Source of the DNA: Candidatus Lokiarchaeum ossiferum
Lineage (GTDB): Archaea; Asgardarchaeota; Lokiarchaeia; Sigyniarchaeales; Promethearchaeaceae
Reading direction: 5' to 3'
Assembly: GCA_025839675.1 (NCBI GenBank)
Contig: CP104013.1
Location: 4,620,001-4,652,000 of the forward strand
Length of the DNA: 32,000 nucleotides
The position numbers and the translations under genes were made by a program. Below, in pieces: positions 6,695 through 15,677 of the stretch; within the stretch, counting starts at the first letter, position 1, and each line of letters begins with the position of its first letter. Under the pieces are notes generated by a model. It saw nothing but the letters and a program-made list of their open reading frames with translations, searched no databases and had not been told where the DNA came from.

Positions 6695-9688
6695 CTATCT
6701 ATTATTCTCTTGCATTTGTAAAACTCTTCGGGATTCTTCTATTAAAAGGACGTTTTTGCTTTTAGTTTGGTTTTGTCTTTTTTGATAATATTTATTTATG
6801 AACCAAATTGCCCAAAGGATAGTTGTGAGATGATTTCCAAAATACATAGGGTCTAAAAGTAGTTCATCGGAAAGGCCATAACTGTTTCTTTCAATTATAT
6901 TATTCTTTGTTATTAGTTCTAGAATAAATACTACAATTAATGAAAGAAAAGTTAGTAACTTCCAGATTGAAGAAAATTGGTTAAATTTTATAGAAATGAT
7001 AAGAAAAATACTAATCAGAATTGTGATTACTAATTGAATAAATAACAAAGTAAAAACGGGTGAAAGACTAAATATTTCCAATGAGAAATAGTATAACCTC
7101 TGATATTGAAATATTGCCATAGTACCAATAAAATTTATTAGTAAAATTGCCCAAATGATCCAATCCATTGTGATATTAAGTCTATTTTGATATTTTTTCA
7201 TTGTTAAGCTCAAAACCTTTGGAGGGTCATTCTGTTGTGAGGATATGGTGTTTAATAACGTAAAAATGAAAATAGTCAATATCATTGGCATTGTATTCAT
7301 ACCCAATTGAAAATTAAGACCTATATCGGGTGCTTTAAGAATTAATAATGGTAGAAGGGGAACCAAGCAGTTTAAAAGATTTACAATTAATAAGCAAAAA
7401 TTTATTCTCTTTTGGAATTTCTTACTTTTACTAATCAGAACACTTGCCATACCCAATATACTGCATAACATTAAGAGAATAAAAGCGGGTGTAAATACTT
7501 CTGCAAAATAATGATATATAGGAAAATTAAAAACCCATTTTGAAGTGGGAAAATAATACATGCCTAAAAAGGCTACAATAAATATAATGTAGTATCCAAC
7601 CAATTGCATTTTTTCTTGATATATTTGATTATTTAAAACGATGATAAATGTTAATACCGCAATGATATTAATTCCAACAAGAATGGGAAAAGAAACTCCG
7701 TAGTAGAAGATGTTGATCCTAGGGGTTGGAACACGACTAACCAATAGAATATATGTGCTCAAACAAAAAATGGCTATAAGTAAGCCTAACTTAAATTGTT
7801 GTGATTTTAAATCTCGTTTGAATGCTAAATAGAACAAAATTATTCCCAAGATGCCAATGGTTGGAAATAGAAGAAGTGGTAAAGTTAATCCATACCACAA
7901 CATATATTCATCCTCAAAGAAAAAGAATCCGATGACCACAAGTATCAAAATTAATAAAAAGCAAAATATCTCTCTGTATTTCTGGTTTGAAAAATCATTT
8001 TTCTTATGTTTCGAATTTTCTTCAAGGAGAGGCTGAGAACTTAAAATTGATCTTTTTTCTCCCTTAAGAAATTGAAAGAAATTCTTCTTAAAACTATAAT
8101 TTTCTATTTTAACACGGAATTCCTCACCATTATCTAAATCCCAACGCAATTTAATAAAAAGAATAGCGCTAGTTGTAATTAAAACAACTAAATCTACAAT
8201 TTGGAAGTGAGAGTAGTAATAATAATATGAGAAGAATTTTGTTTTTATTGCTTCAAGTAAAAGAAGGATAGTGAAATCTTTAAAAATCATTAAATAGGCA
8301 AATAGAAAATTTTGAATGAAATAAATGCAAAGAATTGTATTTATCATATTCATAAATAAATCGAATAGTTCTCGGAGCAATAAATTTGGAATTTTTTTTT
8401 GATTATTGTCTGAACTCCGGAAATTTATAATATTTATGCCTTCATATCCAATAATCGTAAGAAATGTTCCAACAGAAATTCCTATTTTTAACGCAGTAGG
8501 AAGTGTTTCATTAAATAAAGATGCTAATGAAATGAGAAAAGTCAAGGGAAATATCCAATCATGAATAAATTGGTGAATTTTTTGAAATTTTTTCTTGTTT
8601 TTCCAAACAGATATCATACCAAGAAATAACAAGATACTTCCCAAAACCTGAAACAATACAGGAAAGAATGTAAATAACCCTGATAATAACAAATAACTTA
8701 TCCCATATAATACAAGATATTTTTTATCTGGCTTTCGGATGAGAATTGCCCAGGTTATACCAATAATAATCAAAATTGGTATTCCCACAAATAAAATTCT
8801 TAATAGAATCCATCTACTTAGGCCGAACTTAGATTTATTACTTTCAATTATTATATTGACGCAATTTTCTTGATAAATTTCATGTAAGGCTTCACAGTAA
8901 TAAATTTCATTGTCTGTTATGGTGACATTATTGCACTGTAAAAGCGCAACATCCTCCTCCGTGCTGAAATATATCTTATTGTGAGAAAAGGTGGATGTGT
9001 TGCAACTCACTCCTCCAAACCCTATATTTGTATAGCGAATTATATTATTTAAAGCAGAAATATTGTTTGAATTTATGGTTGCTATTCCTGCATCTGTGTT
9101 TTTAATTGTTGAATTTGCAATCGAAATTTCCGTGGAATTTTCTATCCAAATCCCAAATGCTTCTGGGGCATTAATTTCGCAATCTAGTATCATTGTTTTG
9201 GAACAATTCCACAATTCTAAAGCAAAACAATCCGAATATTGTCCATAAATTGAATCGATAGGTCCAGTCTGAAACCATTTTTTGTCTTTAGTTATTTTTA
9301 AGTGTTCAATTAGCATATACTTGTGAATATTGAACAATTGGAGACCTGCTCTGAAATTTGTCATATCTATTTCTAAATTTGTAATTCGATAGGGTTCTGT
9401 TTCAGTGCCTTTCCCGGTGATCCAAGGTAATTGACTAAAATTATCCGTTCCATTGATGGTTATGCTTCCTTCAATCTCTTGAATCTCTGGTGAAGATGAT
9501 CTCTTGGGGGTAGAAGCGAATTGCACGGATAAATTATTTATTTTTTGATCTCCAATTCTTTTGTCAGTTTTATCAAAATCCAGTTGTTCGTTTTCTTCTA
9601 ATAATTGTATAGTGATTACCATAAGCACCAGAAGTATTCCAAAATAATATTTCCTCGTGTTTTTTGTATCCCACTTTTTGGAGTTCAT
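6695..9688 (-). CDS. Giant membrane protein: signal anchor, extracellular right-handed beta-helix (PbH1-like) domain, then about 20 or more TM helices
   Basis: 997-aa ORF with ATG at 9686-9688. A hydrophobic N-terminal anchor (YYFGILLVLMVITIQLL) is followed by GKGTETEPYRITNLEID and repeated strings such as IWIENSTEISIANSTIKNTDAGIATINSNNISALNNIIRYTNIGFGG and NNVTITDNEIYY, typical of parallel beta-helix repeats. The remaining about 700 aa are almost entirely hydrophobic helices, with one charged loop near FKKNFFQFLKGEKRSILSSQPLLEENSKHKKNDF. Confidence 0.7.
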   Translation of the reverse strand: MNSKKWDTKNTRKYYFGILLVLMVITIQLLEENEQLDFDKTDKRIGDQKINNLSVQFASTPKRSSSPEIQEIEGSITINGTDNFSQLPWITGKGTETEPYRITNLEIDMTNFRAGLQLFNIHKYMLIEHLKITKDKKWFQTGPIDSIYGQYSDCFALELWNCSKTMILDCEINAPEAFGIWIENSTEISIANSTIKNTDAGIATINSNNISALNNIIRYTNIGFGGVSCNTSTFSHNKIYFSTEEDVALLQCNNVTITDNEIYYCEALHEIYQENCVNIIIESNKSKFGLSRWILLRILFVGIPILIIIGITWAILIRKPDKKYLVLYGISYLLLSGLFTFFPVLFQVLGSILLFLGMISVWKNKKKFQKIHQFIHDWIFPLTFLISLASLFNETLPTALKIGISVGTFLTIIGYEGINIINFRSSDNNQKKIPNLLLRELFDLFMNMINTILCIYFIQNFLFAYLMIFKDFTILLLLEAIKTKFFSYYYYYSHFQIVDLVVLITTSAILFIKLRWDLDNGEEFRVKIENYSFKKNFFQFLKGEKRSILSSQPLLEENSKHKKNDFSNQKYREIFCFLLILILVVIGFFFFEDEYMLWYGLTLPLLLFPTIGILGIILFYLAFKRDLKSQQFKLGLLIAIFCLSTYILLVSRVPTPRINIFYYGVSFPILVGINIIAVLTFIIVLNNQIYQEKMQLVGYYIIFIVAFLGMYYFPTSKWVFNFPIYHYFAEVFTPAFILLMLCSILGMASVLISKSKKFQKRINFCLLIVNLLNCLVPLLPLLILKAPDIGLNFQLGMNTMPMILTIFIFTLLNTISSQQNDPPKVLSLTMKKYQNRLNITMDWIIWAILLINFIGTMAIFQYQRLYYFSLEIFSLSPVFTLLFIQLVITILISIFLIISIKFNQFSSIWKLLTFLSLIVVFILELITKNNIIERNSYGLSDELLLDPMYFGNHLTTILWAIWFINKYYQKRQNQTKSKNVLLIEESRRVLQMQENNR

Positions 9689-9890
9689 TTCTATTTCTAA
9701 ATTGGTTAAAAATTATTATAAAACTTTTGGCTCTGTTTTAGCTAACTTTGTAATTGATGAATACTTTTTCTCCTGAAAAGCGAATTCTTATTTAAGTGCC
9801 ATTGGATTTCTAAAATTTGAAACTAAATCTTTTAATGAAAGACCGCTTTTTGAAAATCTTGTAAAAACCATCTCTTATTTTATACAGAAA

Positions 9891-9903
9891 TGGAAATTTT
9901 CCA
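9891..9903. promoter_or_regulatory. Perfect 6-1-6 palindrome TGGAAA-T-TTTCCA directly 5' of a TATA-like ATAGTATATAT
   Basis: tggaaattttcca read directly at 9891-9903. Its reverse complement, tggaaaatttcca, occurs at 20243-20255. Candidate transcription-factor operator at the BRE position. Confidence 0.4.
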
Positions 9904-9921
9904 ATAGTATATATGGAAAAA

Positions 9922-9936
9922 TTGGAATATTTCCAA
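9922..9936. promoter_or_regulatory. Perfect 6-3-6 palindrome TTGGAA-TAT-TTCCAA
   Basis: ttggaatatttccaa read directly at 9922-9936. It has the same TGGAA/TTCCA half-sites as the 9891 site, and one further TGGAAAAA half-site lies at 9914-9921. Confidence 0.35.
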
Positions 9937-10082
9937 CCTTCGTTTTGGTAAATAAAAAGTTTCTAAAGAAAATAAAAAGGATATAAAAGAAATGGCTTCC
10001 CAGAGTGATTTGTACTGCTTATCCGAACAAATTTTTGAAGGACAATAGATAAAAACTCAGAAACTGAAATATATCATAGGAA

Positions 10083-10131
10083 AGAAGTCGGGAATCTACT
10101 TCTGCATTTTCGATGGAAAATGCCGAGATTC
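10083..10131 (+). other. Candidate structured RNA element: two abutting hairpins plus a pseudoknot-capable loop complement
   Basis: Hand-checked pairings are as follows. AGAAGU 10083-10088 pairs with ACUUCU 10098-10103 (9-nt loop). GCAUUUUC 10104-10111 pairs with GAAAAUGC 10116-10123 (GAUG loop). The loop segment GAAUCU 10092-10097 is complementary to AGAUUC 10126-10131. It lies in a stretch visibly richer in G+C than the surrounding intergenic DNA. Confidence 0.3.
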
Positions 10132-10237
10132 ATTCTCACCTTACTTGGATGTCTTTGCGTGATGTTTTTTTCGCAGTTGGGCATTACAAATGTCTGCTCT
10201 GTGGAATTGATTCATGTATTTAATCCAGTATCCCTCT

Positions 10238-10275
10238 GGCCTGTATGTTGCAGGCCCTCCCTCTTTTTATTTTTA
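10238..10275 (+). terminator. GC-rich hairpin followed by oligo-T (terminator-like)
   Basis: GGCCUG 10238-10243 pairs with CAGGCC 10251-10256 (7-nt loop), followed by TTTTTATTTTT at 10264-10274. Confidence 0.3.
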
Positions 10276-10428
10276 CATGTGCCCGGCTCTTCCTTCTCTT
10301 TCTTTTCATTTTTATCGCAATTCTAAGCAAATTATTATAAACAAGTAAATTGAAGATAAATTATCTTTTTTCGTCGCTTATAGCCAAACTATCGATGGAT
10401 ATAGAAACAATTAATTAGGTGCTTTAAT

Positions 10429-11406
10429 ATGAATAGTCGTCTTAATTTTTCAAGTGATGGAACATTGTATGGCCTCATTTTTGAAGGAAATGGGGGCGGG
10501 ATAATCAATATATTTGATTCTACCACTGACAAAATTATATGGAAAATCAACAATGTAGGTAAAAATTGTTTCGCTTTTTCCCCCGATTCTAAATTCATTG
10601 CAGCGATTCATAATGGCATTTCCATTTATGATATTCGCTCTAAGGTAGAGGTTTGGAACTTCAAACCTAATTTTGAAACAATTAACTCTTTTTGTTTTTC
10701 TCCAGATGGCTTAAAATTTGTAGTGGTAGGTGAATATGAAACGGATTGGGATTTCAACGATCCAGATATGACTTCTTTAGCTCTTTGGGATCTAAAATCA
10801 GGTAAGAACCTTTGGGAGTGGAGATGTGGACTCTATGAAAAGGTTATTTTTTCCCCGAATGGAGAAACCCTTTTCACAATTGGGACGGCTGCAGTAAACA
10901 GAAATGAAACAGCAAAGATCAATTCCATTGACCTAACGACAGAAGAATTGGAAGAAATATTCCGAGAAAAAAATGGTCTTCGTTTCTGGGACCTTGACAT
11001 AACTCCAGATGGAAGTGCTCTGATATGTTGTGGAATGTATTATTACTATGAGTCAGAGATAATTCCAATAGTTTTGGTTGATTTATCTTCGGTAACAAAA
11101 AAAATTGAGAAACGTGGGGCATATTACAAAACTAAAAATGAATTACGAAGGTTGGAAGGACACGTTGGTTCTGTTACTGCAGTAAAGTTGGCTCCTACTG
11201 GAAAAATTGCTGCATCGGCAAGTTCGGATGGAACGGTTCGTATCTGGGATCTTGCATCCGCAAAACAACTTCATTCAATTAAGATCTTCACAGAAGATTT
11301 GAAATTTTCTCCTGATGGCACCCATTTGGTTCTGGTAAATGAAGGAAAATTACATTTTTATGATGTAAAATCTTGGAATAAGGTTAAAATGGTCAAAATC
11401 AAGTAA
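10429..11406 (+). CDS. WD40 repeat (beta-propeller) protein
   Basis: 325-aa ORF with ATG at 10429 and AGGTG at 10417-10421. It has one canonical WD40 unit, GHVGSVTAVKLAPTGKIAASASSDGTVRIWDL, and several degenerate FSPDG/FSPNG...WD blades (CFAFSPDSKFIAA, FCFSPDGLKFVVV, LALWDLKSG, VIFSPNGETLFT, LRFWDLDITPDGS, LKFSPDGTHLVL). Confidence 0.85.
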   Translation: MNSRLNFSSDGTLYGLIFEGNGGGIINIFDSTTDKIIWKINNVGKNCFAFSPDSKFIAAIHNGISIYDIRSKVEVWNFKPNFETINSFCFSPDGLKFVVVGEYETDWDFNDPDMTSLALWDLKSGKNLWEWRCGLYEKVIFSPNGETLFTIGTAAVNRNETAKINSIDLTTEELEEIFREKNGLRFWDLDITPDGSALICCGMYYYYESEIIPIVLVDLSSVTKKIEKRGAYYKTKNELRRLEGHVGSVTAVKLAPTGKIAASASSDGTVRIWDLASAKQLHSIKIFTEDLKFSPDGTHLVLVNEGKLHFYDVKSWNKVKMVKIK

Positions 11407-11456
11407 ATTGCAAAAATGGATAATTTAAAAAAACTCGATGCGAAACTTTTCAAAAT

Positions 11457-12302
11457 TTAGTTCATATCTTTTTTTTGATATCGCTTTACGAGCCATTTAG
11501 GTTGAAAATAACCGACATAACCAAAAATAAAGGAAACTCCCACCAATCCCCAAGCGATGAAATAGAAGACTGACATTGCCAATTGAGGGACTGCCACATC
11601 TATTCCGTAAAGAATTACGTATCCAAGTAATACTATGGCATTAATTAATAAACTGCGAACACTTAAATGGCGCAACTTTTCTTCTCCGGTTTTGGGATGC
11701 CCACTTTTCGTCATAATTTGATAGAAAGAGTTGCTTGCTGTTATGAGTAAGGGTGCCAAAAGCAAAATCGAGAGTACACTGATGGGAAGGAAATAAAATT
11801 GATAGTTTTCATCTGTTGTGGGAACAATGAATAAGATTATTGCATAGATGGCTAAAAGGATACTGAGAACTTGAATTATTCGTAATACTTTTTTTGCCCA
11901 AGGTTTAATATTTTCCAAGAATGCGTAATAAACAAACCAAGCATAAAAGAAAAGAAAAGCTAGGGCTCCCAATCCTGCAAAAACTCCAATTTTTACACCA
12001 TAAACTATTTCTGGATAGGTTCTCACTCCTGTGATCACCAAGATTTTCTCAATCAAGGTGGAGAGAAGTGTTAGCAAAAATCCAAGGTAGGACGTTGTAA
12101 GTAATCCCAATATTTTTGTGCGTTTTTGAAAGAATTTGGTGACCATTAGTCCCCAAAAAAGAATAGAAATAATGGCGACGCTCAATTCTAATATCATCCC
12201 CGCTTGGTATCGTTCAGGGGTGAGATCGTTCGGTAGTAACCATGATGATTGAAAAATCATGATGAAGTTACGAAAAATTATGTTAAAAAGTTGTGTTTTC
12301 AT
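11457..12302 (-). CDS. Orphan 7-TM membrane protein (function unknown)
   Basis: 281-aa ORF with ATG at 12300-12302 and about seven hydrophobic segments. Size and topology resemble the 779-2557 pair. The only similarity I can see is weak, at the end of TM3 (AWFVYYAFLENIK versus SWCYFVAAFNIK). Confidence 0.7.
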   Translation of the reverse strand: MKTQLFNIIFRNFIMIFQSSWLLPNDLTPERYQAGMILELSVAIISILFWGLMVTKFFQKRTKILGLLTTSYLGFLLTLLSTLIEKILVITGVRTYPEIVYGVKIGVFAGLGALAFLFFYAWFVYYAFLENIKPWAKKVLRIIQVLSILLAIYAIILFIVPTTDENYQFYFLPISVLSILLLAPLLITASNSFYQIMTKSGHPKTGEEKLRHLSVRSLLINAIVLLGYVILYGIDVAVPQLAMSVFYFIAWGLVGVSFIFGYVGYFQPKWLVKRYQKKDMN

Positions 12303-12843
12303 AATTCACTTTTGTTTGTTTAAAACATTTTTGTATGGGGGTAATTAATTTAATACTCCCTTCTTAAATTGTTGGATCTCCCTAGATTTGGCTTATATTG
12401 CATAGATTGATAAATCGAAAATGCGAAACTCACCTTTTTGCTGTCTATATGAGAATATGGAATTTTATTATATTGTATATCCCAAGTGATTGTATAAATT
12501 TGTTCTATGTGGGAAATTGTGTCGGCATGTACGACAAGATGCCATGTTCTTAGCTTAATATTTTTTCGCCAAACACTTAAAAAATCAATTTGTCATGTGA
12601 TGTTTGTTATGACTAAACAACAATCTCGGCCAACAAAAAACCTCACTTTTGATATTAGCCCTTTTTTACCGCGGACACATGTGTTTTTTAGTTATCACCA
12701 AATTTTGAAGGCCCACAATTTCATCCGGGATGTTAGAGTGGTCATGAGAAATCAAGAAGTACTCATTCAAGTAGAACGCTTTCACTAGAAAGCAAATCTG
12801 AAAAAAAAGAAGAAAGAAATTCCTTGAAAAACGGAATTATTTT

Positions 12844-13527
12844 TCAATAAACCCATCCGGCGATACTTGCTATAACATTCATTAAGATCGCCACTCCATA
12901 AATCGATGCAATGGCAATAACCCGATTTTTTTGAGTCTTTATGTTTAAGATTAAAATACATGCCACATAGAAATGGAAATAGCCAATCAAAAAGATTAAC
13001 CATACACCAGCAAAAGTTCGATTCCAAAAGGGATAGGTCCATGTGAGATGGCCTCCTAAATTGAGAAAACATTCTACTAAGACACAAAAAGCTGCCAATC
13101 CTATTGCCCAGAACCACCGGTTGGGGATGCCTAAAATTTTTGTCTCTTTCTTTTCTGAGAGCATATAGTAGAAAACAAGCCCATTCAGAGCAAACATGAA
13201 CATAATTTCAATATTCCATCCCACCATTGTTCGCAGAGCTGTTTCTCCTGGGGCGGTCCAAAAAGCTTGATCTTGAGTCAACCAGCACACCCATCCGTTC
13301 CATGTTTCGTTAAGGAAATCCATCCCAAATACTGTCAATCCGCAGATTACCGCGTCCCAATTTTTTGTTTGTTTCGCTTTTTTGATTTCAACCGCATAAA
13401 TGTAGAACACAATCGCAAGTAAGGGAATAACGTACCACTGTAATGTGGCCCAATCACGCAATCCATCTAATGCCAACTGTGTGTCGGCACTTCCATAGCT
13501 AAGACTCATCATTTCACCAGAGGTCAC
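12844..13527 (-). CDS. Polytopic membrane protein, Trp-rich, function unknown
   Basis: 227-aa ORF. The track start at 13527 is GTG, and in-frame ATGs at 13512 and 13509 (MMSLSYG...) are equally plausible. Several hydrophobic helices; no family recognised. Confidence 0.65.
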   Translation of the reverse strand: MTSGEMMSLSYGSADTQLALDGLRDWATLQWYVIPLLAIVFYIYAVEIKKAKQTKNWDAVICGLTVFGMDFLNETWNGWVCWLTQDQAFWTAPGETALRTMVGWNIEIMFMFALNGLVFYYMLSEKKETKILGIPNRWFWAIGLAAFCVLVECFLNLGGHLTWTYPFWNRTFAGVWLIFLIGYFHFYVACILILNIKTQKNRVIAIASIYGVAILMNVIASIAGWVY

Positions 13528-13715
13528 TTTGACTCTCTTAAAGAGAGGTGAGTGAATACTTGTTATTGTGCGATTGAAATATAAAAAAGTATTTTTGATT
13601 CTTCCATCAAAACGAACATAAATTCATCTTAATCTTATCAAATACTATTTGTGCATATCATATATCAAAAATTATGAAAAAAAGAGAGAACTATGAAAAT
13701 CTTCAAAGTTTGGTT

Positions 13716-15464
13716 TTAGGCATTAATATCATCTGGAATAAAACCCTTGAATTGAGCCTTATAAAGTTCGGAATAAATGCCCTTTTCCGCCAAGAGACTA
13801 TCATGGGTTCCTCGTTCTGCAATACCTTCGTCTGTGAGTACTAAAATTTCATCTGCATTTTTTATGGTGGAAAGTCGATGAGCCACAATCAATGTGGTGC
13901 GATCTTTGGCTACTTGTTCAATAGAATCTTGGATTGCTAATTCGGTTGCATTATCTAAGGATGATGTGGCTTCATCTAAAATTAACATTGGTGGATTTCG
14001 GATGAACACCCGGGAAAGGGCAAGACGTTGTTTTTGTCCACCGGAAAGTTTAACCCCACGTTCTCCAACGACAGTCTCATATTGTTCTGGAAGTGATATT
14101 ATAAAATCATGAATATTCGCTTGTTTAGCTGCCATTACTATTTCATCTTCCGTGGCATTGGGTTTTCCATATAGGATATTCTCTTTAATTGTACCGTAAA
14201 AAACAATAACATCTTGTTGTACAAATCCTATGTTAGACCGCAAAGATTCTATCGTTAAATCTTTGATATTGTGCCCATCTACTAAGATCTGCCCTTTAAG
14301 GACTTCATAAAATCGAGGGATTAAATGAGTGACTGTTGTTTTTCCAACTCCCGAAGGACCAACTAAGGCGACAGTTTTGCCCGGAGCAATTGTTAAGTTG
14401 AAATTTTCCAAAATATTTTTAGAATTTTCAAGATACTTGAAGGTTACATCCACAAATTTGATTTCTCCTTTGGGTTCTCGTATTGCAAAAGCATCAGGTT
14501 TGCTCTGAATTTCTCCCTTAATATCCATCACTTCTAAAAATCGTTCAAATCCTGCAAATCCTGATTGAAATTGTTGCATAAATTGGGTTAGACGACGAAT
14601 TGGACGGACAAATGCATTGGTAAACAATAAGAAAGTCACTAATTCGGGAACCGTGATCAAGTTATAATACACAAAAATACCACCCCCAACTATTGAGATT
14701 ACCCCCAATAAATCAATTAAGAAGTTATTTCCACTTGCATAATTAGCCATAATGCGATAAGCTTTATCATAAGATTGAAAATATGTCAGGTTGTTCTCTT
14801 CAAATTTCTCAATTTCGAAATCTTCGTTGGCAAAGGATTTACAGAGTCGAATACCTGAAATAGAACTTTCTAAGTGGGCGTTGATATCGGCATGTTTACG
14901 ACGGGTGGCTTTAAATCCATCCAGCATTTTTTTACGATAGGAAAGACTGAACCAAATTAAGATAATAACAAAGAAGAAAATGATTAAAGTGAGTTGCCAA
15001 TTTACTCGAACCATGAGTATGAAACTTCCTATAAGCATTATTATGGATATAAATAAATCTTCTGGACCATGATGTGCCAATTCCGTAATTTCCCGAAGAT
15101 CATGGGTTAAACGTGACATTATTTGGCCCGTTTTGTTATCATCATAGTATTTAAAATCTAATGTGTGTAAATGTTTGAAGAGATCACTTCGCATATCAAA
15201 TTCCATACTTACTCCGACAATATGACCCCAATAAGCCATTATATAGTAACATATTGTTCGAAATCCATAAAGGATCAGCAAGTAAATTCCATATCGGATC
15301 ATCAAGTAAATTTCTCTATTTGGGATAAAATCATCTAAAAATGTACCAGTTACCACTGGAAATACTAAATCCAAAGCGGCAATTATAAATGCGCAAGTCA
15401 TATCCAAGAAAAAGGTTTTTTTTTGCGGTTTATAATATTGAATGAAACGGGTAAGTTTTGACAT
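13716..15464 (-). CDS. ABC exporter, fused permease and ATPase half-transporter (MsbA/ABCB-like)
   Basis: 582-aa ORF with ATG at 15462-15464 and an N-terminal six-helix TMD. The C-terminal NBD has Walker A GPSGVGKTT, Q-loop region VQQD, signature LSGGQKQRLALSR, Walker B MLILDEATSSLD and H-loop IVAHRLST. Confidence 0.9.
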   Translation of the reverse strand: MSKLTRFIQYYKPQKKTFFLDMTCAFIIAALDLVFPVVTGTFLDDFIPNREIYLMIRYGIYLLILYGFRTICYYIMAYWGHIVGVSMEFDMRSDLFKHLHTLDFKYYDDNKTGQIMSRLTHDLREITELAHHGPEDLFISIIMLIGSFILMVRVNWQLTLIIFFFVIILIWFSLSYRKKMLDGFKATRRKHADINAHLESSISGIRLCKSFANEDFEIEKFEENNLTYFQSYDKAYRIMANYASGNNFLIDLLGVISIVGGGIFVYYNLITVPELVTFLLFTNAFVRPIRRLTQFMQQFQSGFAGFERFLEVMDIKGEIQSKPDAFAIREPKGEIKFVDVTFKYLENSKNILENFNLTIAPGKTVALVGPSGVGKTTVTHLIPRFYEVLKGQILVDGHNIKDLTIESLRSNIGFVQQDVIVFYGTIKENILYGKPNATEDEIVMAAKQANIHDFIISLPEQYETVVGERGVKLSGGQKQRLALSRVFIRNPPMLILDEATSSLDNATELAIQDSIEQVAKDRTTLIVAHRLSTIKNADEILVLTDEGIAERGTHDSLLAEKGIYSELYKAQFKGFIPDDINA

Positions 15465-15677
15465 GTTCTAATTCAAGAAAAGAAAATGAAAAATTGGATT
15501 AGAGTATTACGGTTTTTCGAATTAGTATTATTCGGTATTTATAACATTTTTTCGATCGATTTTAGTATTCTGGATTGACACAGTGTTTACTTTCTACAAA
15601 TAACTTTTTATTCAAATAAACACTTGAAAATACATCACTTTTTCTATGTAGACCTAACAAATATGTTGTGAATTATT

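Noticed and set aside
10079-10092. GGAAAGAAGUCGGG, which resembles the RNase P RNA CR-I string GGAAAGUCCGGG
   Set aside because: I could not find the other universally conserved RNase P regions (for example ACAGAA.CCGGCUUA-like CR-V) in the surrounding 400 nt. A single partial match is not sufficient.
10150-10215. Possible C/D-box sRNA (GUGAUGU at about 10158)
   Set aside because: There is no CUGA D box at an appropriate distance downstream and no terminal stem.
10120-10326. 68-aa plus-strand ORF with a lipobox-like LLGC near its N-terminus, and a 29-codon basic minus-strand ORF at 10220-10309 (MKRKRRKSRAHVKIKRGR...)
   Set aside because: Composition (Cys/Phe/Ser/Leu on one strand, Lys/Arg on the other) simply mirrors the pyrimidine/purine strand bias. 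The plus ORF start codon is buried in the 8-bp hairpin, and the ORF runs through a terminator-like hairpin. The basic peptide does not match L41e or any small ribosomal protein I know. I treat the region as non-coding or structured instead.
10389-10598. 69-aa minus-strand ORF overlapping the WD40 gene start
   Set aside because: It is antisense to a well-supported WD40 gene, with no recognisable features.
12785-13117. 110-aa minus-strand ORF
   Set aside because: It overlaps the 227-aa membrane-protein ORF in another frame, and the longer ORF has coherent TM helices.
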